The notes: a model not told the origin generated them from the letters alone. A DNA stretch of 64,000 bases from Gemmatimonadales bacterium (GCA_037189525.1 JBBCJC010000001.1:736001-800000); one strand, 5' to 3'. Shown: positions 49,162-58,686, counted from the stretch's first letter. Translations and numbers: made by a program.

Positions 49162-50421
49162 TCAATCCGGTCCGATCAATCGATGGACTCGGACGTGCTC
49201 GGCCGCCGAGGTATCGATGTAGACACCGTATAGCCGATCACGCTGAACACGCTGCAGAGTGAATCCCGGCGGCATCGTGATGGTGCCGTACCAGGTATCG
49301 TCGGGCCCGAAGAGCCACCAGCGCTCCGACTCCGATGTGGGCTCGTCGAGCGCGACATGCGGCAGACCACCCGCCGCGAATGGATACTGAAGCACCCAGA
49401 GCCGGCCGAGTTCGTCGACCAGCGCGCGAACGAAGAACGGCTTGTGCCGAGGAACGGGATAGTCGGCCAGGGGTCGATAGACGATCGCTTCCTCAGGATG
49501 ACGTTCGAGGTACCTGCGGCGGCGATCCTCGTATGCAGACCGATCGGCGCCAGTCACCGGAGCGAACTCGGCATGCCATCGGATGACCCGTTCGAGGCCG
49601 CCGGTTGGTCCGAATACCTGGATTTCGGGACGATCACCGGCTCCGAAGTAGACCCGATCATCGAAAGCCGCCCACACTGGTCGACGGCCGAATGGGAGTC
49701 CTGCTCCTACTGCTCGGCCGAGCACCGTGATCCGGGACAGCTCGGGACCGAGAAACCGATGCACCGTGTCCCAAAGAGCCTCATGGCGTTTCCACCACCA
49801 GAGCACCGCACTCTCGGTGAACACGCCGGCTTGCGGCTCGCGCGCCTCCCGATCCTCGAGCAGAACGGACGCGCAATCGTGGGAAATGCCCTCGATCCCG
49901 CGCGCAGTCGATCCCGAAGGGCCAGCAATGGGATATCGCCCGACGAATACGCCTTCCGGGGCGAAGACCCCGATGGCGCGCCCCTGATCGACGACCAGCG
50001 TATCACCTCGGCATCGGTAGGTTCCCCACATCCCCTCGAACTCGCCCGGCCCTCGTCCCCGCCGTCCGATCGTGCCCAGCCGGCCCCCGGTCGAGTCAAA
50101 GATGACCAGACGGAAGGTCCCGTTGTCCTGTACGACGATCCGCCCATTACTGAGCGGCTGTACCGCTCCGACCACGCCCAACAGATGTGTCGTATCCTCC
50201 TGGTCTCGGCCGATATCGACGACCGGGGTCGACCCGACCGTCCATGCTTCGCCAGGTCCCCAGGATGGACGCTGCGCATATGTGATCCGTACGCCGGCAC
50301 TGTCCGAACGCGTGACCGCCAGCGACTCTACCGCCGAGCCACTGCAGCCGAGCACCATACCGGCCAACAGGGCGACCCCGCCGAAATACCGGCCCGTATG
50401 GCGCGCACTATCGAAACGCAT
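49162..50421 (-). CDS. 6-bladed beta-propeller lipoprotein
   Basis: VLGC lipobox; DSAGVRI, GRRGRGPGEF, VDELGRLWV. Confidence 0.75.
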   Translation of the reverse strand: MRFDSARHTGRYFGGVALLAGMVLGCSGSAVESLAVTRSDSAGVRITYAQRPSWGPGEAWTVGSTPVVDIGRDQEDTTHLLGVVGAVQPLSNGRIVVQDNGTFRLVIFDSTGGRLGTIGRRGRGPGEFEGMWGTYRCRGDTLVVDQGRAIGVFAPEGVFVGRYPIAGPSGSTARGIEGISHDCASVLLEDREAREPQAGVFTESAVLWWWKRHEALWDTVHRFLGPELSRITVLGRAVGAGLPFGRRPVWAAFDDRVYFGAGDRPEIQVFGPTGGLERVIRWHAEFAPVTGADRSAYEDRRRRYLERHPEEAIVYRPLADYPVPRHKPFFVRALVDELGRLWVLQYPFAAGGLPHVALDEPTSESERWWLFGPDDTWYGTITMPPGFTLQRVQRDRLYGVYIDTSAAEHVRVHRLIGPD

Positions 50422-50480
50422 AGGTTATAGAGTACCTCGTCGCCCGATTCTCGGATAGCGGGCGCTGACTGCGCCGTACA
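50368..50480 (+). repeat. Copy C (intact) of the triplicated module
   Basis: Contains the start of 49162-50421 and the divergent intergenic region. Confidence 0.8.
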
Positions 50481-50535
50481 ACCGACGGATGGCAGTCAAA
50501 CGCGAGATTCCTTGCCAGCCATCTGGAGATCTGTC

Positions 50536-51657
50536 ATGAGCCGCGTCATCCACAGCCTGTTGGCAACCAGCGCCATTGCTGCAACGGGATGTGGACCCGA
50601 ACCCCTGCCGACGCTTGACCACACCGACCTAACGACCGTACGAGTTGGCACCGTCACCTCGACCGCAGCGGCCGGTTTCGAACTCAAAGGGACGCTCGAG
50701 CGAGGTAGCGGCGTTGCACTCGACGACCATCACATCGCCCTGCTCGATCGAGAGGCCCGACAGGTCGTGATCGTCGACACGAACGGCCAAACCCGGTTTC
50801 GGCTTGGCAAACAAGGATGGGACGAGGGTCAGTTCATGAGCCCCGCGTTCGCCATACGAACCGATTCGGGAGTGGCCGTCTTCGATGCGCTCCGAACCGT
50901 CATGGTCCGATTCGACAACCGGGGTCGCCAGAAGAAAGACACCCCCCAGTTCGATGCGCTCGGCATTCCGACGTGGGGTGGGTTTACCGGGATGGCGCAG
51001 CTATCGGACGGCAGTTGGGTCTATTCTGTGACCGGGACTACGGACGCGGGACATCTGGAGGCACTGTTCCGCAGAACCGAAGGATCCACTCACCTCATCG
51101 CCACCACTCCGCCTGGTCCGGTGCCGCCACTCCGCTTCGAATGCGGCGCCCGATTGATCGCAGGCAGTCGCGTGTTCTGGCCGACCCTGCGCTGGGCGAC
51201 CAACGGCCATCAGGTCGTCTACGCCGCCACCGCCGACGATCGCGTCGCAACCTGGGATGTCAGTACCGGCGACTCTACCGTCATACTCGGCCAGGGCCCC
51301 TCACGACGATCGAGCGAAGAATCCGCGCTTGCCGTTACCGAACCCCTCACGATCCAGACACTCTCTCAACGCTGTGAGATGACCAAAGAAGACGTGGTCA
51401 AACAGCGCGGGATGACCGAGAGAATGCCCGCCATCCGGTCTGTTGCCATCGCCCCCGACGGCACGGTGTGGGTTGCGATGACGACGCTCCCGCCAGAGCC
51501 TTCGTTCATTCGGGTACACGGAACGATCGCAACCGATACGATCGTCGGCGGCACCTTTCCCGATGCATTCCTGACGCCGACGAGATTTCTGGCTGAGCAG
51601 ACGGACACCACCGGACAGACTGCCATCACGATCTGGGAACTACGGCACCGTCCATAG
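50536..51657 (+). CDS. 6-bladed beta-propeller lipoprotein
   Basis: ATGC lipobox; GKQGWDEGQFMSP NHL-like motif; APDGTVWV. Confidence 0.7.
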   Translation: MSRVIHSLLATSAIAATGCGPEPLPTLDHTDLTTVRVGTVTSTAAAGFELKGTLERGSGVALDDHHIALLDREARQVVIVDTNGQTRFRLGKQGWDEGQFMSPAFAIRTDSGVAVFDALRTVMVRFDNRGRQKKDTPQFDALGIPTWGGFTGMAQLSDGSWVYSVTGTTDAGHLEALFRRTEGSTHLIATTPPGPVPPLRFECGARLIAGSRVFWPTLRWATNGHQVVYAATADDRVATWDVSTGDSTVILGQGPSRRSSEESALAVTEPLTIQTLSQRCEMTKEDVVKQRGMTERMPAIRSVAIAPDGTVWVAMTTLPPEPSFIRVHGTIATDTIVGGTFPDAFLTPTRFLAEQTDTTGQTAITIWELRHRP

Positions 51658-51680
51658 CTCTCAACCGCGACTCGATCGAT

Positions 51681-52013
51681 TCACGGTTTTGGGACGACGC
51701 GAGGATCGGGGACCACGGGAAGGGATACGAACGACGCATGGACGCCGCCCCGATGGACCGCCTGCTGCGCTACGACCGGTACCGTTCGCTCGAGCACGAC
51801 CGGCACAGGATGAGCGACGGCAGGCCGATACACATCCGCGAACAGCGTCATCCCGTCACGCATTGGGATCGGGACGGCAAACTGGCGAACGATCGAGTCG
51901 GCTGAACCCGCAACCGGCCAACGATTCGGCATCACGGTATCGAGCGCGACGGCACGAGAGCCGGGCAACACAGCAACGAGCATCGAGAGGACAGCTACGA
52001 GGGGTCTGGTCAT
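51681..52013 (-). pseudogene. CocE/NonD hydrolase remnant (N- and C-termini fused)
   Basis: IPMRDG..LFADVYRP...PVVLERT joined directly to VAQQAVH...ASFVSLPVVP; catalytic core absent. Confidence 0.7.
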
Positions 52014-52074
52014 GGAGCTATCCCGCTAAGTAGGCATGAAATCCGGCATGCGAGGCGAGCCCGAAACAGTGCAT

Positions 52075-52635
52075 TCACTGATCCCAGGAATCGTGAAATA
52101 GCTGCGCCGACGCACTGCCCCCTGCCCGCTCCAGGTCCGGTGCCTCGGCCCCTCGTGCCGGATCGACCTGGCAGTAACGTCGATCGAAAAAGAGCAGCGG
52201 ATCGCGGGGCGGAAGTCCCAGATTCCGATCAATCACCTCGACAGTCACGACCAGATGGTCACCGCCCTCGAACGTCGCATCGATCTTGCCACCGAGAACG
52301 AATGCAGCCCCTTCCAGGCGATGCACCTCACCCCACTCGACGAATCGATGCGGAGGTGGCGACGCTGCTTTCCACGAACCGGCAAAGTAGGTAGACAACG
52401 CCTGCTGGTCCGCTCGCAACACGTTGACGGAACAAGGCCGCCCCGGCGTGAGCAACGAGGCCATCCGTGCCTGTTTCCCGACACACAACAGCACCAGGGG
52501 TGGCGACAACGACAGCGACGTGAACGACCCGATCGTCATACCCTGTACCCCGCTGCCATCAGAGATCGCGAGCACCACGACACCCGTCGGGTATTGGCTC
52601 AATGCCTCTCGGAACGCAGCGGGTTCGATCGTCAC
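52075..52635 (-). CDS. Flavin reductase (HpaC-like component)
   Basis: FREALSQYPTGVVV, SFTSLSLSPPLVL, GGDH; GTGA overlap with the NIPSNAP stop. Confidence 0.88.
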   Translation of the reverse strand: MTIEPAAFREALSQYPTGVVVLAISDGSGVQGMTIGSFTSLSLSPPLVLLCVGKQARMASLLTPGRPCSVNVLRADQQALSTYFAGSWKAASPPPHRFVEWGEVHRLEGAAFVLGGKIDATFEGGDHLVVTVEVIDRNLGLPPRDPLLFFDRRYCQVDPARGAEAPDLERAGGSASAQLFHDSWDQ

Positions 52636-52973
52636 AGGGGCTGTCCTCCTTCGAGCAAGGCTTCCATCCGAAAGAACGGCGCGGGATTCATCAATCGTGT
52701 TTCCTGAGTTTCCAGCAATGGATGAATTTTGGCGAGATAGCCGGGCCACCGCGGATCCGCCCGCATCCGTTCGCGGCATTCAGTCCGATGCTCGTAGCTC
52801 CGATAGGCCCAGAGATGAACGACCTGGTTGAGCGGGCCGATCTCCGTCACATAGTATCCGACGCAATGCGGCAGATACTCCCGCTGGATCAGCATACCCT
52901 CCGCCTGATACACCGCGAGATACTCGGCCAACTTGCCCATCTGAAACGTGTATGTGCGCTGCTCGACGATCAT
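52632..52973 (-). CDS. NIPSNAP family protein
   Basis: EQRTY, TEIGPLNQVVHLWAY, DPRW. Confidence 0.88.
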   Translation of the reverse strand: MIVEQRTYTFQMGKLAEYLAVYQAEGMLIQREYLPHCVGYYVTEIGPLNQVVHLWAYRSYEHRTECRERMRADPRWPGYLAKIHPLLETQETRLMNPAPFFRMEALLEGGQPL

Positions 52974-52976
52974 GCC

Positions 52977-53528
52977 TCACCCTTCCAGAAATGGAGTCTC
53001 GCCTTCGCCCCGAAGGCGGATATCGAATCGAAACATCTCCGCCGCGCCATCCGGTACGAGCATCAGCCGGCTCCGAACGGCCGGATCGATTGCCGCAAGC
53101 TGCGGATCAGCGGCGACGGCCGCCTCATCCGGAAAGAATGCTTCCGTTTCGAGCGGCCGCATCAACCCGGACCCCAGCAAGCGGAAGCACAGGTGCGGCG
53201 CCCGGATCGAACCGCCGGATGTCGCGACGGGTCTTCCCGGCCTCAAGGTCCGAAAATGATAGCATCCGTCCTCGTCCGTCCAGACTCGGCCCCAGCCCCT
53301 GAAACGGTCGGCGGCACCAACGCGCTGGCCGGCCGGATCGACCTGCCACAGTTCGACGATGACGTTGACCACCGGATGCCCTTCGCCGTCGATGATCCGG
53401 CCACGGACTTCGACCACATCACCCTCGACTCGCGTTCCATCCCGCCCGACGGTCAGATCTCCGTCGGTCGGGCCAATGAAGGCCGGCGGAAAGAACGGAC
53501 CCGTCGTATGCCACGCCATGCCCGTCAC
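52977..53528 (-). CDS. pcaG: Protocatechuate 3,4-dioxygenase-like alpha subunit (divergent)
   Basis: GPFF, ELWQ, GWGR, APH, RFDIRLRGEGETPF. Confidence 0.8.
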   Translation of the reverse strand: MTGMAWHTTGPFFPPAFIGPTDGDLTVGRDGTRVEGDVVEVRGRIIDGEGHPVVNVIVELWQVDPAGQRVGAADRFRGWGRVWTDEDGCYHFRTLRPGRPVATSGGSIRAPHLCFRLLGSGLMRPLETEAFFPDEAAVAADPQLAAIDPAVRSRLMLVPDGAAEMFRFDIRLRGEGETPFLEG

Positions 53529-54241
53529 GGGTGATCGTCCTCCAGCGGAGTCTCACGACTGCCGCCGAGCACGAAGTCATGGGAATAACCGAGCGCGCCG
53601 TCCGCTGTCGAAAGGTCCGGATCGAAGGCGGAGACCAATCGAGATCGCGCGCGCTCGTCGCGGATGCTGTTGAGCAGGAGATCGTACGCGTTGAGCGGCT
53701 CGCCCGGGAAATACATCTGAGTCACCAGACGTTTGCCGAACCCGTCGCCGAAGATCGAGAAATGAATGTGCGGGGGCCGCCACCACCCGGCCAGCTGCCC
53801 ATCACCGTCATAGGGCACTGCGTACCCGCCAGGCTTGATGGTACGCAGCTGATACCGCCCTTCGGCGTCGGTCACGATCCGGCCGACCCCTTCGAAATTG
53901 GGATCCACCGGCACCGGCGACGGATCGGCCGGGTGAATGTATTTGCCCGCCGAGTTGGCCTGCCAACACTCGAGCAACGCGTGACGGATCGGCCGGCCGG
54001 CTTCGTCCACGATACGCCCGGTCACCACGATCAGCTGACCAAGCGCGCGCGGCCTGCCAGGCGAGATAACCGACAGATCGCAGGTGGGCGGAAACGTCAC
54101 CAGCTCCGCTCCAAACGAGGCCGGCACCTCTACTGGCGCCACGCGCGGCCACGAGGGCGCCAACGGAGATCGTAACAGACTCTTCCGATAGCCGGGCACA
54201 TGGCGCGGCGGCTGGGTGGCGTCGCTCTGGTCGACCGTCAT
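53525..54241 (-). CDS. pcaH: Protocatechuate 3,4-dioxygenase-like beta subunit (divergent)
   Basis: WQANSAGKY, TIKPGGY, WRPPHIHFS, RLVTQMYF; the 2-Tyr/2-His Fe ligands are present. Confidence 0.85.
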   Translation of the reverse strand: MTVDQSDATQPPRHVPGYRKSLLRSPLAPSWPRVAPVEVPASFGAELVTFPPTCDLSVISPGRPRALGQLIVVTGRIVDEAGRPIRHALLECWQANSAGKYIHPADPSPVPVDPNFEGVGRIVTDAEGRYQLRTIKPGGYAVPYDGDGQLAGWWRPPHIHFSIFGDGFGKRLVTQMYFPGEPLNAYDLLLNSIRDERARSRLVSAFDPDLSTADGALGYSHDFVLGGSRETPLEDDHP

Positions 54242-55407
54242 ACCACTTCCTTCTCCTGAAGCGCCAGACCGGCGACTCGGGTTCGATCGAGCTCGACGCC
54301 GAGCCCTGGGCCCGAGGGTACGGCCATGGCACCATCCCGAATAGCCAAGGCTCCGGTCACGACATCCTCACCAAGCACGTGGTGTCCGCAATCATTGGCG
54401 CGCTGGATCCCGGGAAACGCCGCCGTGAGGTGGAGATTCGCGGCTGTTCCAATACCGGTTTCGAAGAGACTGTGAATCGCGACCTCGAACCCAAGTGGCT
54501 CCGCAGCATGGACCAGCGCGCGGAACCGGCTCACTCCTCCCCAGAGATACAGGTCGGCCAGAATCACGTCGACCGGCCTGCTGTGTACCGCGGCTGCCAG
54601 ATGATCTGGCTGAATGATGCACATATTGGTGGCCACCGGCGTTCGCACCTGGCTGCGCAGGCGGGCGAGTCCGGCCTGATCGTCGGTCGGATCCTCGAAG
54701 AACTCGAGACCCAAATCATCCATGGACCGACAGAGCGCAATCGCCTCTGCAGGGGGATAGCCGGCATTGGGATCGAACCTGAGCGCGGCCTCGGGCAGAC
54801 GCTCGCGAAGCGCCGACATGACGGCCCGATCGAAGGCGGGACTGACGGCCGCACTCTTGTACTTGAAGCAACGAAACCCATACTGATCGGACTGGCGAAC
54901 GGCATACTCGACAACGGCATCGATCCGACCGAGATCGCCGAACAGCCGAGTCACCTCGGCCCTGGACAACGGATGGTCGAGCATCAGCGCAGGAAGCGGA
55001 CAAACCAGATCGACCGGCCCCCGTCGACCGGCACCGAGCATCCCACCCAGCGATACGCCGGCCATCCGGGCGCTCAGATCCCACAATGCGAGATCGAGTC
55101 CGCCTGAAACCGACCACCCGGTCCGGCCGAATCGATTGTCGAACACCGAACGAGCGTAGCGGCGTTCGACGACTCGGCGCTCGATCGGGTCTACGCCGAT
55201 CAGTCCTACCGCCAGCTGAGCGGCCAGATGAAAAGCTTCGGCTGTGCCGTGGGCCTCTCCATAGCCGCAGAACTCGCCATCGCTGGTTTCGACTTCGATG
55301 ACCGTCCGCAGGGTATCCTGCATCACGTACATCGAGCTCAGATAAACCATCCGGAGCGGAATCCGCACCTGCCACAGGCGGACACGACCGATCCGTCGGG
55401 AACTCAT
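54238..55407 (-). CDS. Enolase-superfamily enzyme, glucarate dehydratase-like subgroup
   Basis: KYK, RFDPN, EDP, ATNM, HS and PGLGVELD, matching the GlucD-type ligand pattern. Confidence 0.82.
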   Translation of the reverse strand: MSSRRIGRVRLWQVRIPLRMVYLSSMYVMQDTLRTVIEVETSDGEFCGYGEAHGTAEAFHLAAQLAVGLIGVDPIERRVVERRYARSVFDNRFGRTGWSVSGGLDLALWDLSARMAGVSLGGMLGAGRRGPVDLVCPLPALMLDHPLSRAEVTRLFGDLGRIDAVVEYAVRQSDQYGFRCFKYKSAAVSPAFDRAVMSALRERLPEAALRFDPNAGYPPAEAIALCRSMDDLGLEFFEDPTDDQAGLARLRSQVRTPVATNMCIIQPDHLAAAVHSRPVDVILADLYLWGGVSRFRALVHAAEPLGFEVAIHSLFETGIGTAANLHLTAAFPGIQRANDCGHHVLGEDVVTGALAIRDGAMAVPSGPGLGVELDRTRVAGLALQEKEVV

Positions 55408-56069
55408 GCCGGCATCCGCCCAACCGAGAATACCGGCTTCTGCCGGTCGGGCGACACGAACTGCGCATCCGACGGCCGGCCGAGCGTGGCCATCGGGAGC
55501 GCCTCCCGCAACGCCACCGCAACCGGCTCGGCCCGGCTGCCGTCCGGGACCTCGATGGCTAGTCCAACCTGCAGGACCCGGCAGAGCGCATCGAGCCGAA
55601 GGAGCGCAGCAACCGACCAGACCCGCGGGTCGAGGCGAAGCCATGCGACATGCGCGCCTTGCAGCCACGCCGCGATCTCATCGAAGCTCGCGTCCTCCAC
55701 GGTATGGCCATCAGCGCCCAGAGTGTCAGGATCGATTATCTGACCGGTACCTCGGACCGAGCCGCCCAACCACTGGCTGAGCGAAACCCCGGCAGCGGCA
55801 GCGGTCAGGGCAGCAAGCCCGTTCTCGACGCCCGAGAAGGCAACCCAATCGAGCCCGCCGGAGACTGGACGGTCAGCCCAACGCCGGCTTTCGGCAACGA
55901 TGGGGCGACCCAGCTGCAGCGTTAGGCGATCGGCGAGGCGGCTAGCCAGCCCGGCATCGTTCCTCGCAACGGATCGACTCTGGTTGCCACGGTCGTCCAC
56001 GAGAAAGACGACGAGTTCGTCACCGACCTCATCCGCCGAGGCATAGACCAGAACGCGATCATCGAGCAC
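55404..56069 (-). CDS. Degenerate enolase-superfamily-like protein
   Basis: AFSGVENGLAAL.A.AAGVSLSQWLGG capping-domain motif; overlaps both neighbours; no catalytic motifs. Confidence 0.55.
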   Translation of the reverse strand: MLDDRVLVYASADEVGDELVVFLVDDRGNQSRSVARNDAGLASRLADRLTLQLGRPIVAESRRWADRPVSGGLDWVAFSGVENGLAALTAAAAGVSLSQWLGGSVRGTGQIIDPDTLGADGHTVEDASFDEIAAWLQGAHVAWLRLDPRVWSVAALLRLDALCRVLQVGLAIEVPDGSRAEPVAVALREALPMATLGRPSDAQFVSPDRQKPVFSVGRMPA

Positions 56070-56808
56070 GAGGCACCTTGGCCAGATCGAGCACCGATTC
56101 GCCGGCATCGATCCGGGCTATCCGCTTCGCTTCCGCCTGTTCGAGGGACGAAACGAGCTCCGCCACCTGCGCTGCGAGCGCCCGCGGAACGAAGACCACC
56201 CCCGCATCGTCGGCGACGACGAGGTCACCGGGGTGGACCGTGATACCCGAGATCACGACAGCCTGATTGACGGCCATCGTCTCGAGCCGGTACTTCCCCG
56301 TCATCGGACTCGAGCCCCGAGACCAGACCGGATAGCCCAGCTGGCGCAACGAAGCAACATCTCGTACCGCGCCGTCCACAACGGCGCCAAGTTCTCCCTG
56401 GCGGAACCCGATGGCGGCCGAGATGCGTCCCATGCTGGAGATTCCCGGGGCGCCGGCCACGACGAGCACGTCACCCCGGTCGGCTTGATTGTGCGCTTCG
56501 ATATCGGCGAGCCGCACATCACCTTCCTGCACGCGGCGCCGCATGACCTCGGCAGACGGCAGCTCCGCATCACGCACGACATGCCGGACCGTGAGCGCGC
56601 GCCCGACGACGCGACGGCCCGGCATGGTCGGATTCAGTTCGGACGCAGGAACCGCCCCAACGACCCCCAACCCATCGAGCACATCGGACACCGCGCTGGA
56701 GGCGTCATCGATACTGCGGAAGAACGCGAGCACCTCGTCCGGAACCTGCGGCATCGGGCGTGCTCCGATACGATCAGCCGCCAGACGTCCGGTCAGCGAG
56801 CGCGTCAT
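56059..56808 (-). CDS. RraA/HMG-CHA aldolase family protein
   Basis: VSDVLD, GRALTV, VVDGAVRD, VHPGDLVVADDAGVVFVP. Confidence 0.85.
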   Translation of the reverse strand: MTRSLTGRLAADRIGARPMPQVPDEVLAFFRSIDDASSAVSDVLDGLGVVGAVPASELNPTMPGRRVVGRALTVRHVVRDAELPSAEVMRRRVQEGDVRLADIEAHNQADRGDVLVVAGAPGISSMGRISAAIGFRQGELGAVVDGAVRDVASLRQLGYPVWSRGSSPMTGKYRLETMAVNQAVVISGITVHPGDLVVADDAGVVFVPRALAAQVAELVSSLEQAEAKRIARIDAGESVLDLAKVPRAR

Positions 56809-56809
56809 C

Positions 56810-57712
56810 TCAACGCCCCACCCCTGGCGCCAGCGGACCGAATCGCTGCTCGGGAAGTCCCACGACTCCGGGCTTCACGGCAAACAGGCCACCGGCCAAC
56901 GGTTGCTCCGCACGTTCCTCCGGCGTCAGCCGCTGCCAGGCCGTCGTGATATAGAGCGTATCGAGCGCCGGACCACCGAAGGCACAGCAGGTTGCGTTGC
57001 GCACCGGCAGCGAGACGATGCGATCGACCGTCCCATCCGGGCGATAGCGCACCACGCGCCCTCCGTTGTACTCGGCGTTCCAGAGGCATCCTTCTGCGTC
57101 GACCGTCGAGCCGTCGGGGCGGCCCGGCCGGCCGGTCAGGTCCACCAGCACCCGATCCGGACCCAGCCTGCCTGCTTCGAGATCGAAATCGAAGACCTGA
57201 ATCTGATAGCGGTAGGTATCGGCGAAATACATCCGGCGCCCGTCCGGACTCCACGCCGTGCTGTTCGGCACCACGATCCCATTGAAGAATCGTTCTACCC
57301 GCCCGTCGGGATCGAGACGATAGAGTGAGCCGGTGGGCGACCGATCGCCCGTATTCATCGTGCCACACCAGAAGCGGCCTGCCCGGTCGACTCGGCCGTC
57401 GTTGAACCGGTGACCGGCCGGGACATCGCCCGGCGACGCCAACCATTTCAGCGTTTCGGTCTCCAGATCCACCAGCCAGAAGGCTGTCTCCAGCGCAGCA
57501 AGCAGCCTATCCTCGCCGGCGACGAACCCGATCGATCCGACCATTTCCGGCATCGGAACCGTCCCGCTCGCTCCGGAAGCCGGCTCGAACCACCAGATCA
57601 GCGGGGCACGGGTATCAACCCAGTAGAGCCGCTGGCGGCGGTCGCACCAGATCGGGCTTTCCCCGAGATGGTTTTCGGCCGGCAACACGCACGTCGCAAT
57701 GAGATCGGTCAT
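56810..57712 (-). CDS. SMP-30/gluconolactonase family lactonase
   Basis: LGESPIW, RFNDG, PN..WSPD, PDG..VDAEG, FGG...LYITT. Confidence 0.9.
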   Translation of the reverse strand: MTDLIATCVLPAENHLGESPIWCDRRQRLYWVDTRAPLIWWFEPASGASGTVPMPEMVGSIGFVAGEDRLLAALETAFWLVDLETETLKWLASPGDVPAGHRFNDGRVDRAGRFWCGTMNTGDRSPTGSLYRLDPDGRVERFFNGIVVPNSTAWSPDGRRMYFADTYRYQIQVFDFDLEAGRLGPDRVLVDLTGRPGRPDGSTVDAEGCLWNAEYNGGRVVRYRPDGTVDRIVSLPVRNATCCAFGGPALDTLYITTAWQRLTPEERAEQPLAGGLFAVKPGVVGLPEQRFGPLAPGVGR

Positions 57713-58686
57713 CCCTGATACACCACGTTGAGGAGCGGTTCGCCTCGCGCGAGCCGATCGAGATTCGACGCAATAGTCGCCCAGCGGCGATTCACCATCC
57801 CGATCGTCCAGGCGGAGGAATGTGGCGTCATATAGACATTGGACAGCTCGTGAAATGGATGGCGCGACGGGCGAACATCCGCAACGTCGGGGGTCGGATA
57901 CTGATACCATGCGTCGAGCACCGCGCCCCCGATCCGCCTGGACGAGAGGGCATCGAACAGAGCATCCTCATCGACGATCTGACCTCGGGCCACGTTGATC
58001 ACCACGGCGGTCGGCCGCAGCAGGGCAAGTTCCCGCGCTCCGATCATCCCGATCGTTTCGGGGGTCAGTGCCGCCGTCACGACCAGAAAGTCGACCTGCC
58101 CCAGGAATTCGTCCAAACGTCCGACACCGCCGAACCAGTCGACTCCAGGTGGCAACGGCCGCTCCGTGCGGCTGCACACCATCACAGTCGTGTCCATCGC
58201 CTTCGCGCGCGGCACGATCGCCTCGGCGATGTGTCCAAACCCCAGGATTCCGACGGTCTTCCCGGCGAGTTCGTCCTGATAGGGCCCGGCGGTCCGGCCG
58301 CCGAGTCGCCAGGATCCTTCGATCCGGAAAGAGCGCTCGGCCTCCATGAAGCGCGAACACCATTGCAGCATTGCCAGCACGACGTACTCAGCAATCGGCA
58401 CTTCGTGGCCGAAGGCGTTGCACACCTTGCACCCGGGCGGCAGATACTCCAGATCGACCGCATCGTAGCCGGCCCCGCCCACCTGGAGCAGCTCGAGATC
58501 CGGTGCCGGCGGCATCGAGCGATCATAGCGCATCGTAATCGCGGCCCGCACCCCGACCAGCTCGGCTTCGACCGCGCGATACGGCGTATCGTCCGGCAGC
58601 GGCACGAACTCGATTGGCGCCGTTACCAGACCCTCGAGTCGCTCCTGCTGCGCCGTGGCCAACGAACCGAGCAGGGCAACCTTCAC
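57709..58686 (-). CDS. D-isomer-specific 2-hydroxyacid dehydrogenase
   Basis: GILGFGHI, INVARG, LDAW, TPHS. Confidence 0.88.
   Translation of the reverse strand: MKVALLGSLATAQQERLEGLVTAPIEFVPLPDDTPYRAVEAELVGVRAAITMRYDRSMPPAPDLELLQVGGAGYDAVDLEYLPPGCKVCNAFGHEVPIAEYVVLAMLQWCSRFMEAERSFRIEGSWRLGGRTAGPYQDELAGKTVGILGFGHIAEAIVPRAKAMDTTVMVCSRTERPLPPGVDWFGGVGRLDEFLGQVDFLVVTAALTPETIGMIGARELALLRPTAVVINVARGQIVDEDALFDALSSRRIGGAVLDAWYQYPTPDVADVRPSRHPFHELSNVYMTPHSSAWTIGMVNRRWATIASNLDRLARGEPLLNVVYQG

Noticed and set aside
47150..50480. Repeats considered as a CRISPR array or IS ends
   Set aside because: Only three diverged copies with kb-scale irregular spacing; no cas or transposase genes.
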